Source of the DNA: Mobula hypostoma
Lineage: Eukaryota
Direction of reading: 5' to 3'
NCBI RefSeq assembly: GCF_963921235.1
Contig: NC_086097.1
Span: forward strand, 128,714,001 to 128,778,000
DNA length: 64,000 nucleotides
Position numbers and translations under genes: made by a program. The notes beneath the pieces were generated by a model. That model had not been told where the DNA came from and searched no databases. It worked only from the letters and a program-made list of their open reading frames with translations. Within the stretch, counting starts at the first letter, position 1. The number at the start of each line of letters is the position of its first letter. Shown here in pieces: positions 40,031 to 52,493 of this stretch.

Positions 40031-40144
40031 TCTTTCTTATTAGAATTGGTTTATTATCTTTATATGTACCAGGATACAGTGAAAAGCTTGTCTTGCATGT
40101 TGTTCATACAGACCAAATCATTGCACAGTGCATTGATCTACTTT

Positions 40145-41865
40145 GACAAACTTCAGTAAACTTCTATAGATGTGCAGTGGTGAGTATCGTAACCGGTTGC
40201 ATTATGACCTGGTATGGACACACCAATGCCTAGGGAAAGAAAAGGCTGCAGAGTGTGGTGAGTACAACCCAGTCCCTCACAACTGAATCCCTCCCACCAT
40301 TGAGTACAGTTACATGGAGCACTGACAAAAGAAAGCTCTGTCCATCATCAAAAACCCACAGCATCAAGCTGTGCCTTCCACTTCAGGCAGGAGGTGCAGA
40401 AGCCATAGGTCCCACATCACCAGGTTCAGGAACAGTTATTACCTGACAACCATCAGGCTCCTGAACCAGCGTGGATAGCTTCATTCACCACTACTCTGAA
40501 CTGATTCTATATCTACAGACTCAGTTTCAAGGACTCTTTACAATTCATGATCTTTGTGTTATTTTTATCTGCACAGTTTGTCTTATTTTGCACATTGGAG
40601 TTTGTAGACATTGTCCGTCTATGTATGGTTTTCCATACAATTCTATTTTGTTTATCGTTTTCATATAAATGCTTGCCGAAAAATGAATCTCAAAGTAGTA
40701 TATGATAAGACATACATACTTTCATAATAAATTTACTTTGAACTTTCAACTTTGTAGTAGAAGAATCTCAAATAATAACAATGCAAAATAAAGTGTAAAT
40801 GCCACCAAAAAGTGGAGAGCAGGTAAACAATAAAGTACAAGGTCATATCAAAATAGCGAGGTCAAGAGTCCTTCTTAACCAGATGCCTTGGATGAACCAG
40901 GAGATTCGCAGTCTGCCGAGAGCTAGAAATGAGCTCTTCAAGATCAGTGATCCAGAACTCGATAAGAAGTCCAGGTACATAGGAGCTAAAAAGCAATTCC
41001 AAGTGCAGTTTTAGAGACCCAATCAGATGCACAACAACAGTGTCAGGGTGTTCCATGCCATTACTACCTATAAGGAGAAACCTAACATCATACATGGCTT
41101 TGATGTTTCACTCCAGGATGAGCTCAGCACATTTTATGCACACTTTGAAGAGTCAAGTAAAATGATACCTGTGTAAATTCTTGCAGCATCTGGAGTCCCT
41201 GTGATACCTCGTCTCAGAACCCAACAGCAGAGCATCATTCAAAGGTGTGAGCTCTTGCAAGGTGTCGGGCCTCAATGGTGTGCCTTGCAGGGCAACAAAA
41301 CCCTGTGCCAACCAACTGGCTGGAGTGTTCAAGGATATCTTCAATCTTTCACCACTGCAGGGAGAGGTTGTCACCTGCTTCAAAAGGACATCGATCATAC
41401 CAGTGCCCAGGATGAAAAGTGAACTGCCTCAACAACTATCACCAGCATCATTCTTATCTACTGTAATAAAATGCTTTGAAGATTGGTTGTGGCTAGAATT
41501 AACTCCTGTCTGAACAAGACACACTGCAATTTGCCTACTACCCCAAAAGATCCACAGTACATGCAATCTCACTAGCTCTCTGCTTGGCCTTGGACAACCT
41601 GTACAACAACAATACCTATGTCAGGCTGCTGTCTATTGATTGGGGCAGTCAGGAGAACATATGCCAGTTCTCATCGAAGAATCTGCACTGGAAAGGGTGA
41701 ATAGCATCGAGCTCCTGGGCGTTAAAATTTCAGAAGATCTACGCTGGGCTCAATGTATTGATGCAATCACGAAGAAGCCTGCCAGCAGTTACACTTCATT
41801 AACTGTTTGAGAAGATTTGGTCTGTCACCAAAGACTCGTAGCAAATTTCTACAGATTTCTACAAA
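40145..41865 (+). mobile_element. Two Rex1/Babar fragments (3' end ~40145-40750; ORF body ~40870-41865)
   Basis: PWMNQEIRSL and CANQLAGVFKDIFNLS match the ORF at 30163-31041; continues at ~43400-43870 after the CR1. Confidence 0.75.
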
Positions 41866-41899
41866 TTTCTTTAGGGGAAATTCGCGTGGCACTCTGCAT

Positions 41900-43315
41900 T
41901 GGTATGTTCCAATGAGACAGGGAAAGGATGGTAGGGTACAGGAACCATGGTGCATGAAGGCTGTGGAAAATCTAGTCAAGAAGAAGAGAAAAGCTTATGA
42001 AACGTTCAAAAAACTAGGTAATGATAGAGATCTAGAAAGCTATAAGGCTAGCAGGAAGGAACTTAGGAATGAAATTAGGAGAGCCAGAAGGGGCCATGAA
42101 AAGGCCTTGGCGAGCAGGATTAAGGAAAACCCCAAGGCATTCTACAAGTATGTGAAGAGCAAGAGGATAAGACATGAGAGAATAGGACCAATCAAGTGTA
42201 ACAGTGGAAAAGTGTGTATGGAACTGGAGAAGGTAGCAGAGATACTTAATGAATACTTTGCTTCAGTATTCACTACGGAAAAAGACTTTGGTGATGGTAG
42301 GGATGACTTACAGCGAACTGAAAAGATTGAGCATATAGACATTAAGAAAGAGGATGTGATGGAAGTTTTGGAAAGCATCAAGTTGGAGAAGTCACCGGGA
42401 TCCTATGAGATATACCCCAGGGTACTGTGGGAGGCAATGCAGGAGATTGCTGAGCCTCTGGCAATGATCTTTCAATCATCAATGGGGATGGGAGAGGTTC
42501 CGGAGGATTGGAGGGTTGCAGATGTTGTTCCCTTAGTCAAGAAATGGGGTAGAGATAGCCCATGAAATTATAGATCAGTGAGTCTTACTTCAGTGGTTGG
42601 TAAGTTGATGGAGAAGATCCTGTGAGGCAGGATTTATGAACATTTGGAGAGGAATAACATGATTAGGAATGGTCAGCATGGTTTTCTCAAAGGCAGGTCA
42701 TGTCTTACGAGCCTGATTGAATTTTTTGAGGATGTGACTAAATATATTGATGAAGGTAGAGCAGTAGATGTAGTGTATATGGATTTCAGCAAGGCATTTG
42801 ATAAGGTACCTATGCAGGGCTTATTGAAAAAGTAAGGAAGGATGGGATCCAAAAGGACAGTGCTTTGTGGATCCAGCACTGGCTTGCCAACAGAAGGCAA
42901 AGAGTGGCTGTAGATGGGTCACATTCTGCACGGAGGTCGGCGACCAGTGGCATGCCTTAGGGATCTGTTCTTGAACCCCTTCTGTTCATGCTTTTTATAA
43001 ATGACCTGGATGAGGGAGTGGAGGGATGGGTTAGTAAGTGGAGGGATAGGTTAGTAAATTTGCTGATGACACAAAGGTTAGGGGTGTTGTGGATAGTGTG
43101 GAGGGCTGTCAGAGGTTACAGCGGGACATTGATAGGATGCTAAACTGGGCTGAGAAGTGGCAGATGGAGTTCAACCCAGGTAAGTGTAAGGTGGTTCATC
43201 TTGGTAGGTCAAATATCATGGCAGAATATAGTATTAATGGCAAGACTCTTGGCAGTGCGGAGGACCAGAAGGATCTTGGGGTCTGAGTCCATAGGACACT
43301 CAAAGCTGCTGCGCA
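41900..43315 (+). mobile_element. CR1 ORF2 internal fragment
   Basis: KENPKAFYKYV, VPEDWRVADVVPL, QHGFLKGRSCLTSL, YMDFSKAFDKV, WAEKWQMEFNP; contains stops and frameshifts. Confidence 0.92.
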
Positions 43316-43923
43316 TTTTAGGTTAGATTAGATTAGATTACATTACGAGGACACGCAGTGCTCTTTTGTTGTCATTTAGTAATGCATGCATTAAGAACAT
43401 AGAAACATTCTATGTTGAGATGTACCATGGAGAGCATTTGGACTGCTTGCATCTCCACTTAGTATCTCCAAAGCACAGGACTGAAAAGCACTTCAGAGGG
43501 CTGTAGATTCTGCCAGCTCTATCACAGACACCAGCCTCTGTGTCACCATGGACATCTGCAAAAGGGGGGGGGGTCTCAAGAAGGTGCCATCCGTCACTAA
43601 GTATCCTCACCGTTGAGGTCATGCCATCTTCTCATCAGGGTGGATGTACGGGAGCTTAACAATGCACAGTCAGCATTTTAGGGACAGCTTCTTCCCCTCC
43701 ATCATCAGACTTCTGAACACTCCATAACCAGTACCTCACTATTTTTGTTCCCTAATTGTACTATTTATTTTTATATATATTTTTGAAACATAGTAATTTT
43801 TTATATGTTGCACTGTACTGTACAAAACAACACATTTCATATGTCAGTGATAATTAACCAGATTCTGATTACTGTTCAAGAGGGGTGACCAGAAATGAAT
43901 TCAGCACTCCAGATGCAGCCTGA

Positions 43924-44434
43924 AGCCTGATTTATACTTCTGCATTAACTCGACGCCGTAACCTACGCAAGTGATTTACATGCGTTGTGAGCATTTATAC
44001 TTGTGCTTTGGTGTGTCTGCATCGCTCTGCAATTCGCGCACATCATGCATGCGCACACACCTGCCTGTGCAAGGCTTCGTGGTCATGGCAGTCTTTCTCG
44101 GGGTAAACAAGAAGCAAGCGCCTTTTTTCACAAAAGCGAAATGTGTCCTCCATAATTTCAGAGGTCTGTAAAGCTTTATGGAAAGCATTGCAGCCAGAGT
44201 TCCTTCCCTGCCCTTCAGTCGCCCAATGGGAAGCTATTGCAGCGTAGGAGGAAATGCGATGCTACCAAGCAGACCAATCACAGCTGTTGCATTCTGCGTT
44301 GCCGCGACGCATGGTTACATTTTGGGAGAGGTGTACGTCAGGCTCTGGCATAGGGATCCGAGTCGGCTCTGCGTAGGGTTTGTGGCGACGCAGTACTTAC
44401 AGCGTCGAGTTGACACAGAAGTATAAATCAGGCT
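43924..44434. mobile_element. PIF/Harbinger-like MITE
   Basis: ~33-bp TIR agcctgatttatacttctg..aactcgacgc with 3 mismatches; flanks tga / taa resemble a TWA 3-bp TSD. Confidence 0.75.
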
Positions 44435-45734
44435 TAACTGGAGTCTTATCAGGCTGCAGCATAAGTTGCTGACTCTTGATCTCAGTGCTTGACTCATGAA
44501 GACAAGCACGCTATGTGCCTTCATTAGAATTTCCCCCCGTAAGTTCCCTACAACTGAAGTCAGGTGCCCTGGCCTGTAGAGTCCTAGTCTGTCCTTGGTA
44601 CCCTCCTTGAACAATGGAGCAACATTAGCCATCCTAATGAGAACCAAAGTATTCCTTGCTTTCTGTATCAACCTCAATGCTTTTTTTTCCAAACACACTA
44701 GCTCTTAGCCACTTTCTGTCTTTTTCACTTGTCTCCCAGCTTTCCTTTCCCAGTATGTCTCTCTTGATTCTCCTGTTACCATCTATAAAAGGAACTGAAA
44801 GGGGTAATCTTCTCACACTGACTATTTGGAATTCAGTTACTCTTCACTTCACTTACAAGATTTTAACAGCTTAAAATTAATTTAAATTGGTATCCAGGGT
44901 CGAGAGCTGATGACAGAATTTAGCCAGCTCCTGAGAAAGTACCTTTCATTCATGACATTTAGACTAAATGAAATTTAACGGATTGTTGATGTCTTTTATT
45001 GAAAAAAAGTCTATAAAGTTTGTGTTTTCTTTAAGGCAAAATACTTTTCAGCTAATGCTCAGATTCAATTTATTTGCTTTATTATGTCTTTATTTTTTGG
45101 TATAAAGTCGAGAGCAAAGCTTTAGTTTACCGATGTGACTATTATTGCAAATAATATAAGGAGCTGAAGACGTGCTGGTTTGTAAAGGCTACGGAGTCCA
45201 TCAGCAGAACAACCTGGTAGGGCAATTCCAGTGCAGAGGAATGCAAGAAGCTCCCCACCTTTGACAGCATCTATATGAAGTACTGTCTCAGGAAGGTGAT
45301 ATCTCTCATAAAGGATTCCCACCATCCAGGTCTTGCCATCTGCTCATGGCTATTTTTGGTCAGTCCCCAGGGGCGGTGCTGAGGTGGTGCCTGCTGGTGC
45401 TATAACCCCAGCAGAAATTACAATAGCACCACTGTAGCACCACTAAGAAATTAAGTGAAACTTGACATACAAATTGCAGTTGCTTTGCTTTCTCTGTATA
45501 GTTTTGAATACAGCTTGTTTCTCCAGTTGATCCAGTGAAACAGCATCCCCAATTACCATAGCACCAACACAACAATAAAGTTATAAACTCTGTCAGATCC
45601 ACTCTACACTTCTGCTTATTCATTCATTGTCAATGTCTTGCCGTTGCTGTCCTCAGATCAGTTAAGCTGATCTAAAAATCACTTAAGGTGGTGATGTCAG
45701 TCACTCTCACTCACGCGAGAGATTGATAGTATAC

Positions 45735-45774
45735 ATCCAGGTGCAGATCCATGGTCTAGCGAGACTAATGGATG

Positions 45775-45807
<33 letters not shown>
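45735..45807 (+). mobile_element. Short LINE/SINE 3' tail ending in (CA)n, inside the hAT
   Basis: gcagatccatggtctagcgagactaatggatgc matches the 3' end of the SINE at ~56888-56921. Confidence 0.6.
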
Positions 45808-45810
<3 letters not shown>

Positions 45811-45868
45811 TTTGCTTTTACAAGCTAGCGTGGGCCTGGAACGTGCGTTATTTTGGCCGGCGTGAAAA

Positions 45869-48273
45869 ATGGATCGATTTTTAGTGAGAAAGTGACCTCA
45901 TCCAGAGGAATCAGTGGTGTCTCAGCCTGAGCCTGTCTTAATTGAAAGTGACATGCAGAAAGAAGTAAGTTGGGATGAGGACGACAGCAGTTCATCAAAG
46001 GAGTGTGAGGGCGAAATAGAGGAACAAGAAATGGAGCGGGATTTGGAAGAGAACGTGGATGAAGCTGCTCTTAGTGCTAGTGTGAATACTGTTAGCGATG
46101 TTAGCCAGCAGCCCGAGGAAGGACCCCGTCGGCCAGCATTGAAAAAGTACCCTTCGCTGCTCGCAACAGTTTGGCAATCAGCAAAGGAGTTTTATTCGTG
46201 GCTGGTTTGACTGGCTGGAATATTCAATCACAAAAGATGCTACATTCTGCTTCACATGCAGGCATTTCCTGTGTGGAGGACATGGGTTTCATTCTGAATC
46301 TACCTTCACTGTCACCGGTTACCGCAACTGGCGGAAAACTACAACAGCTTTCAAAACCCACCATGTAAGTGCAGCTCATAAGTTTGCTATGGAGGCATGG
46401 ATCGAATTCAGATTGAGAAAACAAGATGGTTCAAGATTGGGAAATATGCTTGATAAACGACATGCAAAGATTGCCCAAGAAAATTGTGAGTATATGAGAG
46501 CAGTGGTTGAGTCTCTACGCTATACTGCGTGCCAAGGCATTGCCCAGCGAGGACACAGGGAGAATGATGGATCTGGCAATAGGGGAAACTTTGTTGAGTT
46601 GCTCAGTGTAATTGGGCAGTTTGATAAGACTGTAGCTAAAAAAATAGAGGACAATCCTGGAAATGCAGAAAAACACCCATCACAATATCCAAAATGAAAT
46701 TATAGGTATTATGGCAGATATGTTCAGACGTCAAATAAGTGCAGAAATCAAAGAGGCTGGATATTTTGCCATCATGGTGGATGAAAGTAAAGACTTGAGT
46801 AAAAAAGAGCAAATATCAGTGGTGGTGCAGTATTCGTATAACGAAACAGTGCTTGAAGAATTCTTGCACTTCACTCCAGCAGAAGAGTTGGACGCAGAGT
46901 CGGTTCTTAAAAGCATTGAACAGACACTCGCCCAGTGTGTTATTGATAAGAACGTGTGTATAGGTCAGTGTTATGACGGGGCAGCAGTGATGTCCGGGTG
47001 CAATAACAGGGTACAAGAGAGGTTCAGGAAAGAGGTCCCGCAGGCACTATATACACGCTGCCATGCTTACAGACTTAACCTTGTTTCCGTGGATGTTGTG
47101 AGCAATGTACCACAAGCAGGTGGGTGAGTTTTTTGAAACTGTGCAGCTGCTTTACAACTTCTTTTCAAACTCTGTTGCCCACGATCTTTTCATGAAGAAA
47201 CGAAGAGAACTGGAATCAACTGCACAGCCCATGGAGTTGAAGAAATTGTCAGATACACGCTGGGCTTGGCAGTATACAGCTTTGTGGGCTATAAGGAAAT
47301 CACTCCCTGCCATTCTAGCTACACTACAGGATACTATGGGTCAACCAAATGTACAGAGGAAAACGGAGGCCAGAGCTGTAAATGGACTGATTGACGAGCA
47401 GTTAGCTTTACTTATCACTCTGTTTGAGGATTTATTCCGAGTCACCAAGTTCATGTCAGACCAGCTACAATCTCCCAGTTTAGAGCTTTCATCCGCTGTG
47501 GACTTGGCTCAGTCTGTTATCGATGCACTCTCAGCAAAATGGGGAGAGGAATCGTGGAGAGAAATTCAGGCAAGACCTAGGGACCTGTGCGTCAGGGCCA
47601 GAATACAGAGCAGACCACATGAAAGGAGATAGGCCCAGCCACCCCGCCGCCTACATAATTTTGTTGTTGAGGCCCAAACTGAACGCACACCTGTCACATC
47701 CTCTGATGACCTTCGCAACCACTGTTTCTACCAGACAGAGAGACTTCTGACTGAAATGAAAACGCGGTTCTCAATTGAGACAGGGGTGTTCTGACTGGAG
47801 TCTCAGCATTGAGTCCCAAACACAAGTTCTTCCTAGACAAGAATTGTCTTAGGCCAGTGGCCCAATACTATGGAGTGACTGAAGTGAAGCTGACTGTAGA
47901 GCTACATCAGGTTCGGCGTCTGCTGGAAACAAAACAAAAGCAAGGACAGACAGTGAATGATACAGTGGAATTTCTAGCTCGAATGAGACCCTACCGCAAT
48001 GCATTTATAGATTTATTCAAACTAATCTGCATATCACTGACTCTACCTGTGACATCTGCCTCATGCAAACGGAGTTTCTCTTGTCTCAGACGCCTCAAAA
48101 ACTACCTAAGGAATAGCAGTGGCGATGCTCGGAACAGCAACTCGGCCCTGTTGGCCATAAACAGCTGGAGGACCAAAGCACTTGACATCCAGAAAATCAT
48201 TGATGCTTTCGCAACCAATCACAACAACAGATGGATTGTGCTCTCTGAAAACATCAGTGGTGAGTGCAGTTGA
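45869..48273 (+). pseudogene. hAT transposase pseudogene (TTF-type zinc finger, DUF4371-like, C-terminal dimerisation domain)
   Basis: Split over several frames: WLEYS..FCFTC, RGHRE..NRGNFVELL, IMVDESKD, QCYDGA, CHAYRLNL, SDTRW, LPVTSASCKRSFS. The conserved ERSFS glutamate is replaced by K, and there is an early TGA after MDRFLVRK. Confidence 0.9.
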
Positions 48274-49966
48274 TCTTTTTAAAAAATTTGGGCCAAGACT
48301 AATGCTGATTATTATTATTATTTTGTGGTGGATACCCCATAGTCCTTATGTTTTCTGCAAATCCTAAAATATTACATTTACTGCTATTAAGCCTACTGGT
48401 TTTGCTTAGACTTGCAAGCGGTGATTCTGTTGATTTTTGTTTTAAATTCAAAAGCTGAATTAATTGAGGTATTGCATGGTCAGAGTACGATTTGTCCAAC
48501 TCCTGGTGAAGCCTTGCATCTGTTGTTTGCCTTATTTGACTTTAATAACTGTATCTTTTGGCATTGTCTGTCTATGTAATGTGAACAGCAGTGGACATTG
48601 TGGGTTAGTGTTGCGTTTTTCAGTTGAAAAGCATGCATTTGACGCTGATTGCGGTATTGGTGCATGTTTCACGTTGTGCGCTGTGGGTCGGATGCTCTGT
48701 TGGTTTGTTTGTTTATGCTCTGTGTAGCCCGGGTTGTCTCCAATGCTGTTGACACTGTCACAGTTTACCTCTATATTAGATCTGTCAATTGCTGTTGCTT
48801 GTGAATCAACAGAGGCATTTATAGTAGGCACATAATGCTTGAAATTGACTTTTGAACGCCACGCATCTGGCCTTGCGAATACATATTACCATACAGTACA
48901 TCCCTCAGCACCATCACTGAATAATTCAGCCCCACTGTAGCACCAGCAAGAAAAAATTTCTGGTGCCGCCACTGTCAGTCCCACCCCACCAGGTTCAAGA
49001 ACAGCTACTTTCCTACAACCATCAGGTTCTTGAACCATCCTGCAGAACCCTAGTCGTAACTCAGCAATGGAACACTATGAACCACCTCTTGCACTACCAT
49101 GGACTAATCTCTGATTGTATTTTTTTGTTTAACAGTCTTATCATGCAGAAGATTTTTTCTTCACTGTCTTGTTCAATTTACATATAATTTACATTCTGTG
49201 TGTTGTCTGAATCTACATGCCAGTGACACTGCAGCAAGCAAATTTTTCATTGTACCCGTACCTCACTGGACTTGTACACATGACAATAAACTTGACTTGA
49301 TTTGACTTGCGAATTCCTGTTCCCCCTCATTATGACTTGGTGGGTAACCTATCTCATAGAACATAGAACATAGAACATAGAATAGTACAGCGCATTACAG
49401 GCCCTTCAGCCCACAGTGTTGTGCCAACCCTCAAACCCTGCCTCCCATATAAGCCCCCACTTTAAATTCCTCCATATACCTGTCTAGTAGTCTCTTAAAC
49501 TTCACTAGTGTATCTGCCTCCACCACTGACTCAGGCAGTGCATTCCACGCACCAACCACTCTGAGTAAAAATCCTTCCTCTAATATCCCCCTTGAACTTC
49601 CCACCCCTTACCTTAAAGCCATGTCCTCTTGTATTGAGCAGTGGTGCCCTGGGGAAGAGGTGCTGGCTATCCACTCTATCTATTCCTCTTAATATCTTGT
49701 ACACCTCTATTTTGTCTCCTCTCATCCTTCTTCTCTCCAAAGAGTAAAGCCCTAGCTCCCTTAATCTCTGATCATAATCCATACTCTCTAAACCAGGCAG
49801 CATCCTGGTAAATCTCCTCTGTACCCTTTCCAATGCTTCCACATCCTTCCTATAGTGAGGCAACCAGAACTGGACACAGGACTCCAAGTGTGGCCTAACC
49901 AGAGTTTTATAGAGCTGCATCATTACATTGCGACTCTTAAACTCTACCCTTCGACCTATGAAAGCT

Positions 49967-52481
49967 AACATAGAAACATAGAAACATAGAAACATAGAAA
50001 ATAGGTGCAGGAGTAGGCCATTCGGCCCTTCGAGCCTGCACCGCCATTTATTATGATCATGGCTGATCATCCAACTCAGAACCCAGCCTTCCCTCCATAC
50101 CCCCTGACCCCTGTAGCCACAAGGGCCATATCTAACTTCCTTTTAAACATAGCTAATGAACTGGCCTCAACAGTTTGCTGTGGCAGAGAATTCCACAGAT
50201 TCACCACTCTCTGTGTGAAGAAGTTTTTCCTAACCTCGGTCCTAAAAGGCTTCCCCTCTATCCTCAAACTGTGACCCCTCGTTCTAGACCTCCCCAACAT
50301 CGGGAACAATCTTCCTGCATCTAGCCTGTCCAATCCCTTTAGGATCTTATACGTTTCAATCAGATCCCCCCTCAATCTTCTAAATTCCAACGAGTACAAG
50401 CCCAGTTCATCCAGTCTTTCTTCATATGAAAGACCTGCCATCCCAGGAATCAATCTGGTGAACCTTCTTTGTACTCCCTCTATGGCAAAGATGTCTTTCC
50501 TCAGATTAGGGGACCAAAACTGCACACAATACTCCAGGTGTGGTCTCACCAAGGCCTTGTACAACTGCAGTAGTACCTCCCTGCTCCTGTACTCGAATCC
50601 TCTCGCTATAAATGCCAGCATACCGTTCGCCTTTTTCACCGCCTGCTGTACCTGCATGCCCACTTTCAATGACTGGTGTATAATGACACCCAGGTCTCGT
50701 TGCACCTCCCCTTTTCCTAATCGGCCACCATTCAGATAATAATCTGTTTTCCTATTTTTGCCACCAAAGTGGATAACTTCACATTTATCCACATTAAATT
50801 GCATCTGCCATGAGTTTGCCCACTCACCCAACCTATCCAAGTCACCCTGCATCCTCTTAGCATCCTCCTCACTGCTAACACTGCCACCCAGCTTCGTGTC
50901 ATCCGCAAACTTGGAGATGCTGCATTTAATTCCCTCATCCAAGTCATTAATATATACTGTAAACAACTGGGGTCCCAGCACTGAGCCTTGCGGTACCCCA
51001 CTAGTCACCGCCTGCCATTCTGAAAAGGTCCCGTTTATTCCCACTCTTTGCTTCCTGTCTGCTAACCAATTCTCCACCCACACCAATACCTTACCCCCAA
51101 TACCGTGTGCTTTAAGTTTGCACACTAATCTCCTATGTGGGACCTTGTCAAAAGCCTTTTGAAAATCCAAATATACCACATCCACTGGTTCTCCCCTATC
51201 CACTCTACTAGTTACATCCTCAAAAAATTCTATGAGATTCGTCAGACATGATTTTCCTTTCACAAATCCATGCTGACTTTGTCCGATCATTTCACCGCTT
51301 TCCAAATGTGCTGTTATCACATCCTTGATAACTGACTCCAGCAGTTTCCCCACCACCGACGTTAGGCTAACCGGCCTATAATTCCCCGGTTTCTCTCTCC
51401 CTCCTTTTTTAAAAAGTGGGGTTACATTAGCCACCCTCCAATCCTCAGGAACTAGTCCAGAATCTAACGAGTTTTGAAAAATTATCACTAATGCATCCAC
51501 TATTTCTTGGGCCACTTCCTTAAGCACTCTGGGATGCAGACCATCTGGCCCTGGGGATTTATCTGCCTTCAATCCCTTCAATTTACCTAACACCACTTCC
51601 CTACTAACATGTATTTCGCTCAGTTCCTCCATCTCACTGGACCCTCTGTCCCTTACTATTTCTGGAAGATTATTTATGTCCTCCTTAGTGAAGACAGAAC
51701 CAAAGTAATTATTCAATTGGTCTGCCATGTCCTTGCTCCCCATAATCAATTCACCTGTTTCTGTTTGCAGGGGACCTACATTTGTCTTTATCAGTCTTTT
51801 CCTTTTTACATATCTATAAAAGCTTTTACAGTCCGTTTTTATGTTCTCTGCCAGTTTTCTCTCATAATCTTTTTTCCCCTTCCTAATTAAGCCCTTTGTC
51901 CTCCTCTGCTGAACTCTGAATTTCTCCCAGTCCTCAGGTGAGCCACTTTCTCTGGCTAATTTGTATGCTACTTCTTTGGAATTGATACTATCCCTAATTT
52001 CTCTTGTCAGCCACGGGTGCACTACCTTCCTTGATTTATTCTTTTGCCAAACTGGGATGAACAATTGTTGTAGTTCATCCATGCAACCTTTAAATGCCTG
52101 CCATTGCATATCCACCGTCAATCCTTGAAGTGTCATTTGCCAGTCTATCTTAGCTAATTCATGTCTCATACCTTCAAAGTTACCCCTCTTTAAGTTCAGA
52201 ACCTTTGTTTCTGAATTAACTACGTCACTCTCCATGTTAATGAAGAATTCCACCATATTATGGTCACTCTTACCCAAGGGGCCTCTCACGACAAGATCGC
52301 TAATTAACCCTTCCTCATTGCTCAAAACCCAGTCCAGAATAGCCTGCTCTCTAGTCGGTTCCTCGACATGTTGGTTCAAAAAACCATCCCGCATACATTC
52401 CAAGAAATCCTCTTCCTCAGCACCTTTACCAATTTGGTTCACCCAGTCTACATGTAGATTGAAGTCACCCATTATAACTGC
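49967..52481 (-). mobile_element. Young 5'-truncated CR1 ('CR1-B') nested in CR1-A
   Basis: Has its own (tttctatg)n tail at ~49968-50000; tgtta occurs at both junctions. Confidence 0.92.
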
Positions 52482-52493
52482 CATAACACCCAT
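50076..52493 (-). CDS. CR1 ORF2, 805 aa uninterrupted: partial APE endonuclease plus complete reverse transcriptase
   Basis: [48 protein letters not shown]. Confidence 0.9.
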   Translation of the reverse strand: MGVMAVIMGDFNLHVDWVNQIGKGAEEEDFLECMRDGFLNQHVEEPTREQAILDWVLSNEEGLISDLVVRGPLGKSDHNMVEFFINMESDVVNSETKVLNLKRGNFEGMRHELAKIDWQMTLQGLTVDMQWQAFKGCMDELQQLFIPVWQKNKSRKVVHPWLTREIRDSINSKEVAYKLARESGSPEDWEKFRVQQRRTKGLIRKGKKDYERKLAENIKTDCKSFYRYVKRKRLIKTNVGPLQTETGELIMGSKDMADQLNNYFGSVFTKEDINNLPEIVRDRGSSEMEELSEIHVSREVVLGKLKGLKADKSPGPDGLHPRVLKEVAQEIVDALVIIFQNSLDSGLVPEDWRVANVTPLFKKGGREKPGNYRPVSLTSVVGKLLESVIKDVITAHLESGEMIGQSQHGFVKGKSCLTNLIEFFEDVTSRVDRGEPVDVVYLDFQKAFDKVPHRRLVCKLKAHGIGGKVLVWVENWLADRKQRVGINGTFSEWQAVTSGVPQGSVLGPQLFTVYINDLDEGIKCSISKFADDTKLGGSVSSEEDAKRMQGDLDRLGEWANSWQMQFNVDKCEVIHFGGKNRKTDYYLNGGRLGKGEVQRDLGVIIHQSLKVGMQVQQAVKKANGMLAFIARGFEYRSREVLLQLYKALVRPHLEYCVQFWSPNLRKDIFAIEGVQRRFTRLIPGMAGLSYEERLDELGLYSLEFRRLRGDLIETYKILKGLDRLDAGRLFPMLGRSRTRGHSLRIEGKPFRTEVRKNFFTQRVVNLWNSLPQQTVEASSLAMFKRKLDMALVATGVRGYGGKAGF

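Larger units (their letters stand above)
45368..48974 (+). mobile_element. Full-length hAT DNA transposon (ZMYM1-like transposase), inactive
   Basis: Perfect 8-bp TSD tcagtccc (45360-45367, 48975-48982); TIR CAG(G/T)GGCGG; subterminal ccactgtagcacca at both ends; inserted in a Rex1 3' fragment. Confidence 0.93.

Noticed and set aside
45914..48273. Host ZMYM1-like gene
   Set aside because: Intronless, frameshifted and bounded by TIRs and an 8-bp TSD, so it is a transposon rather than a domesticated gene.
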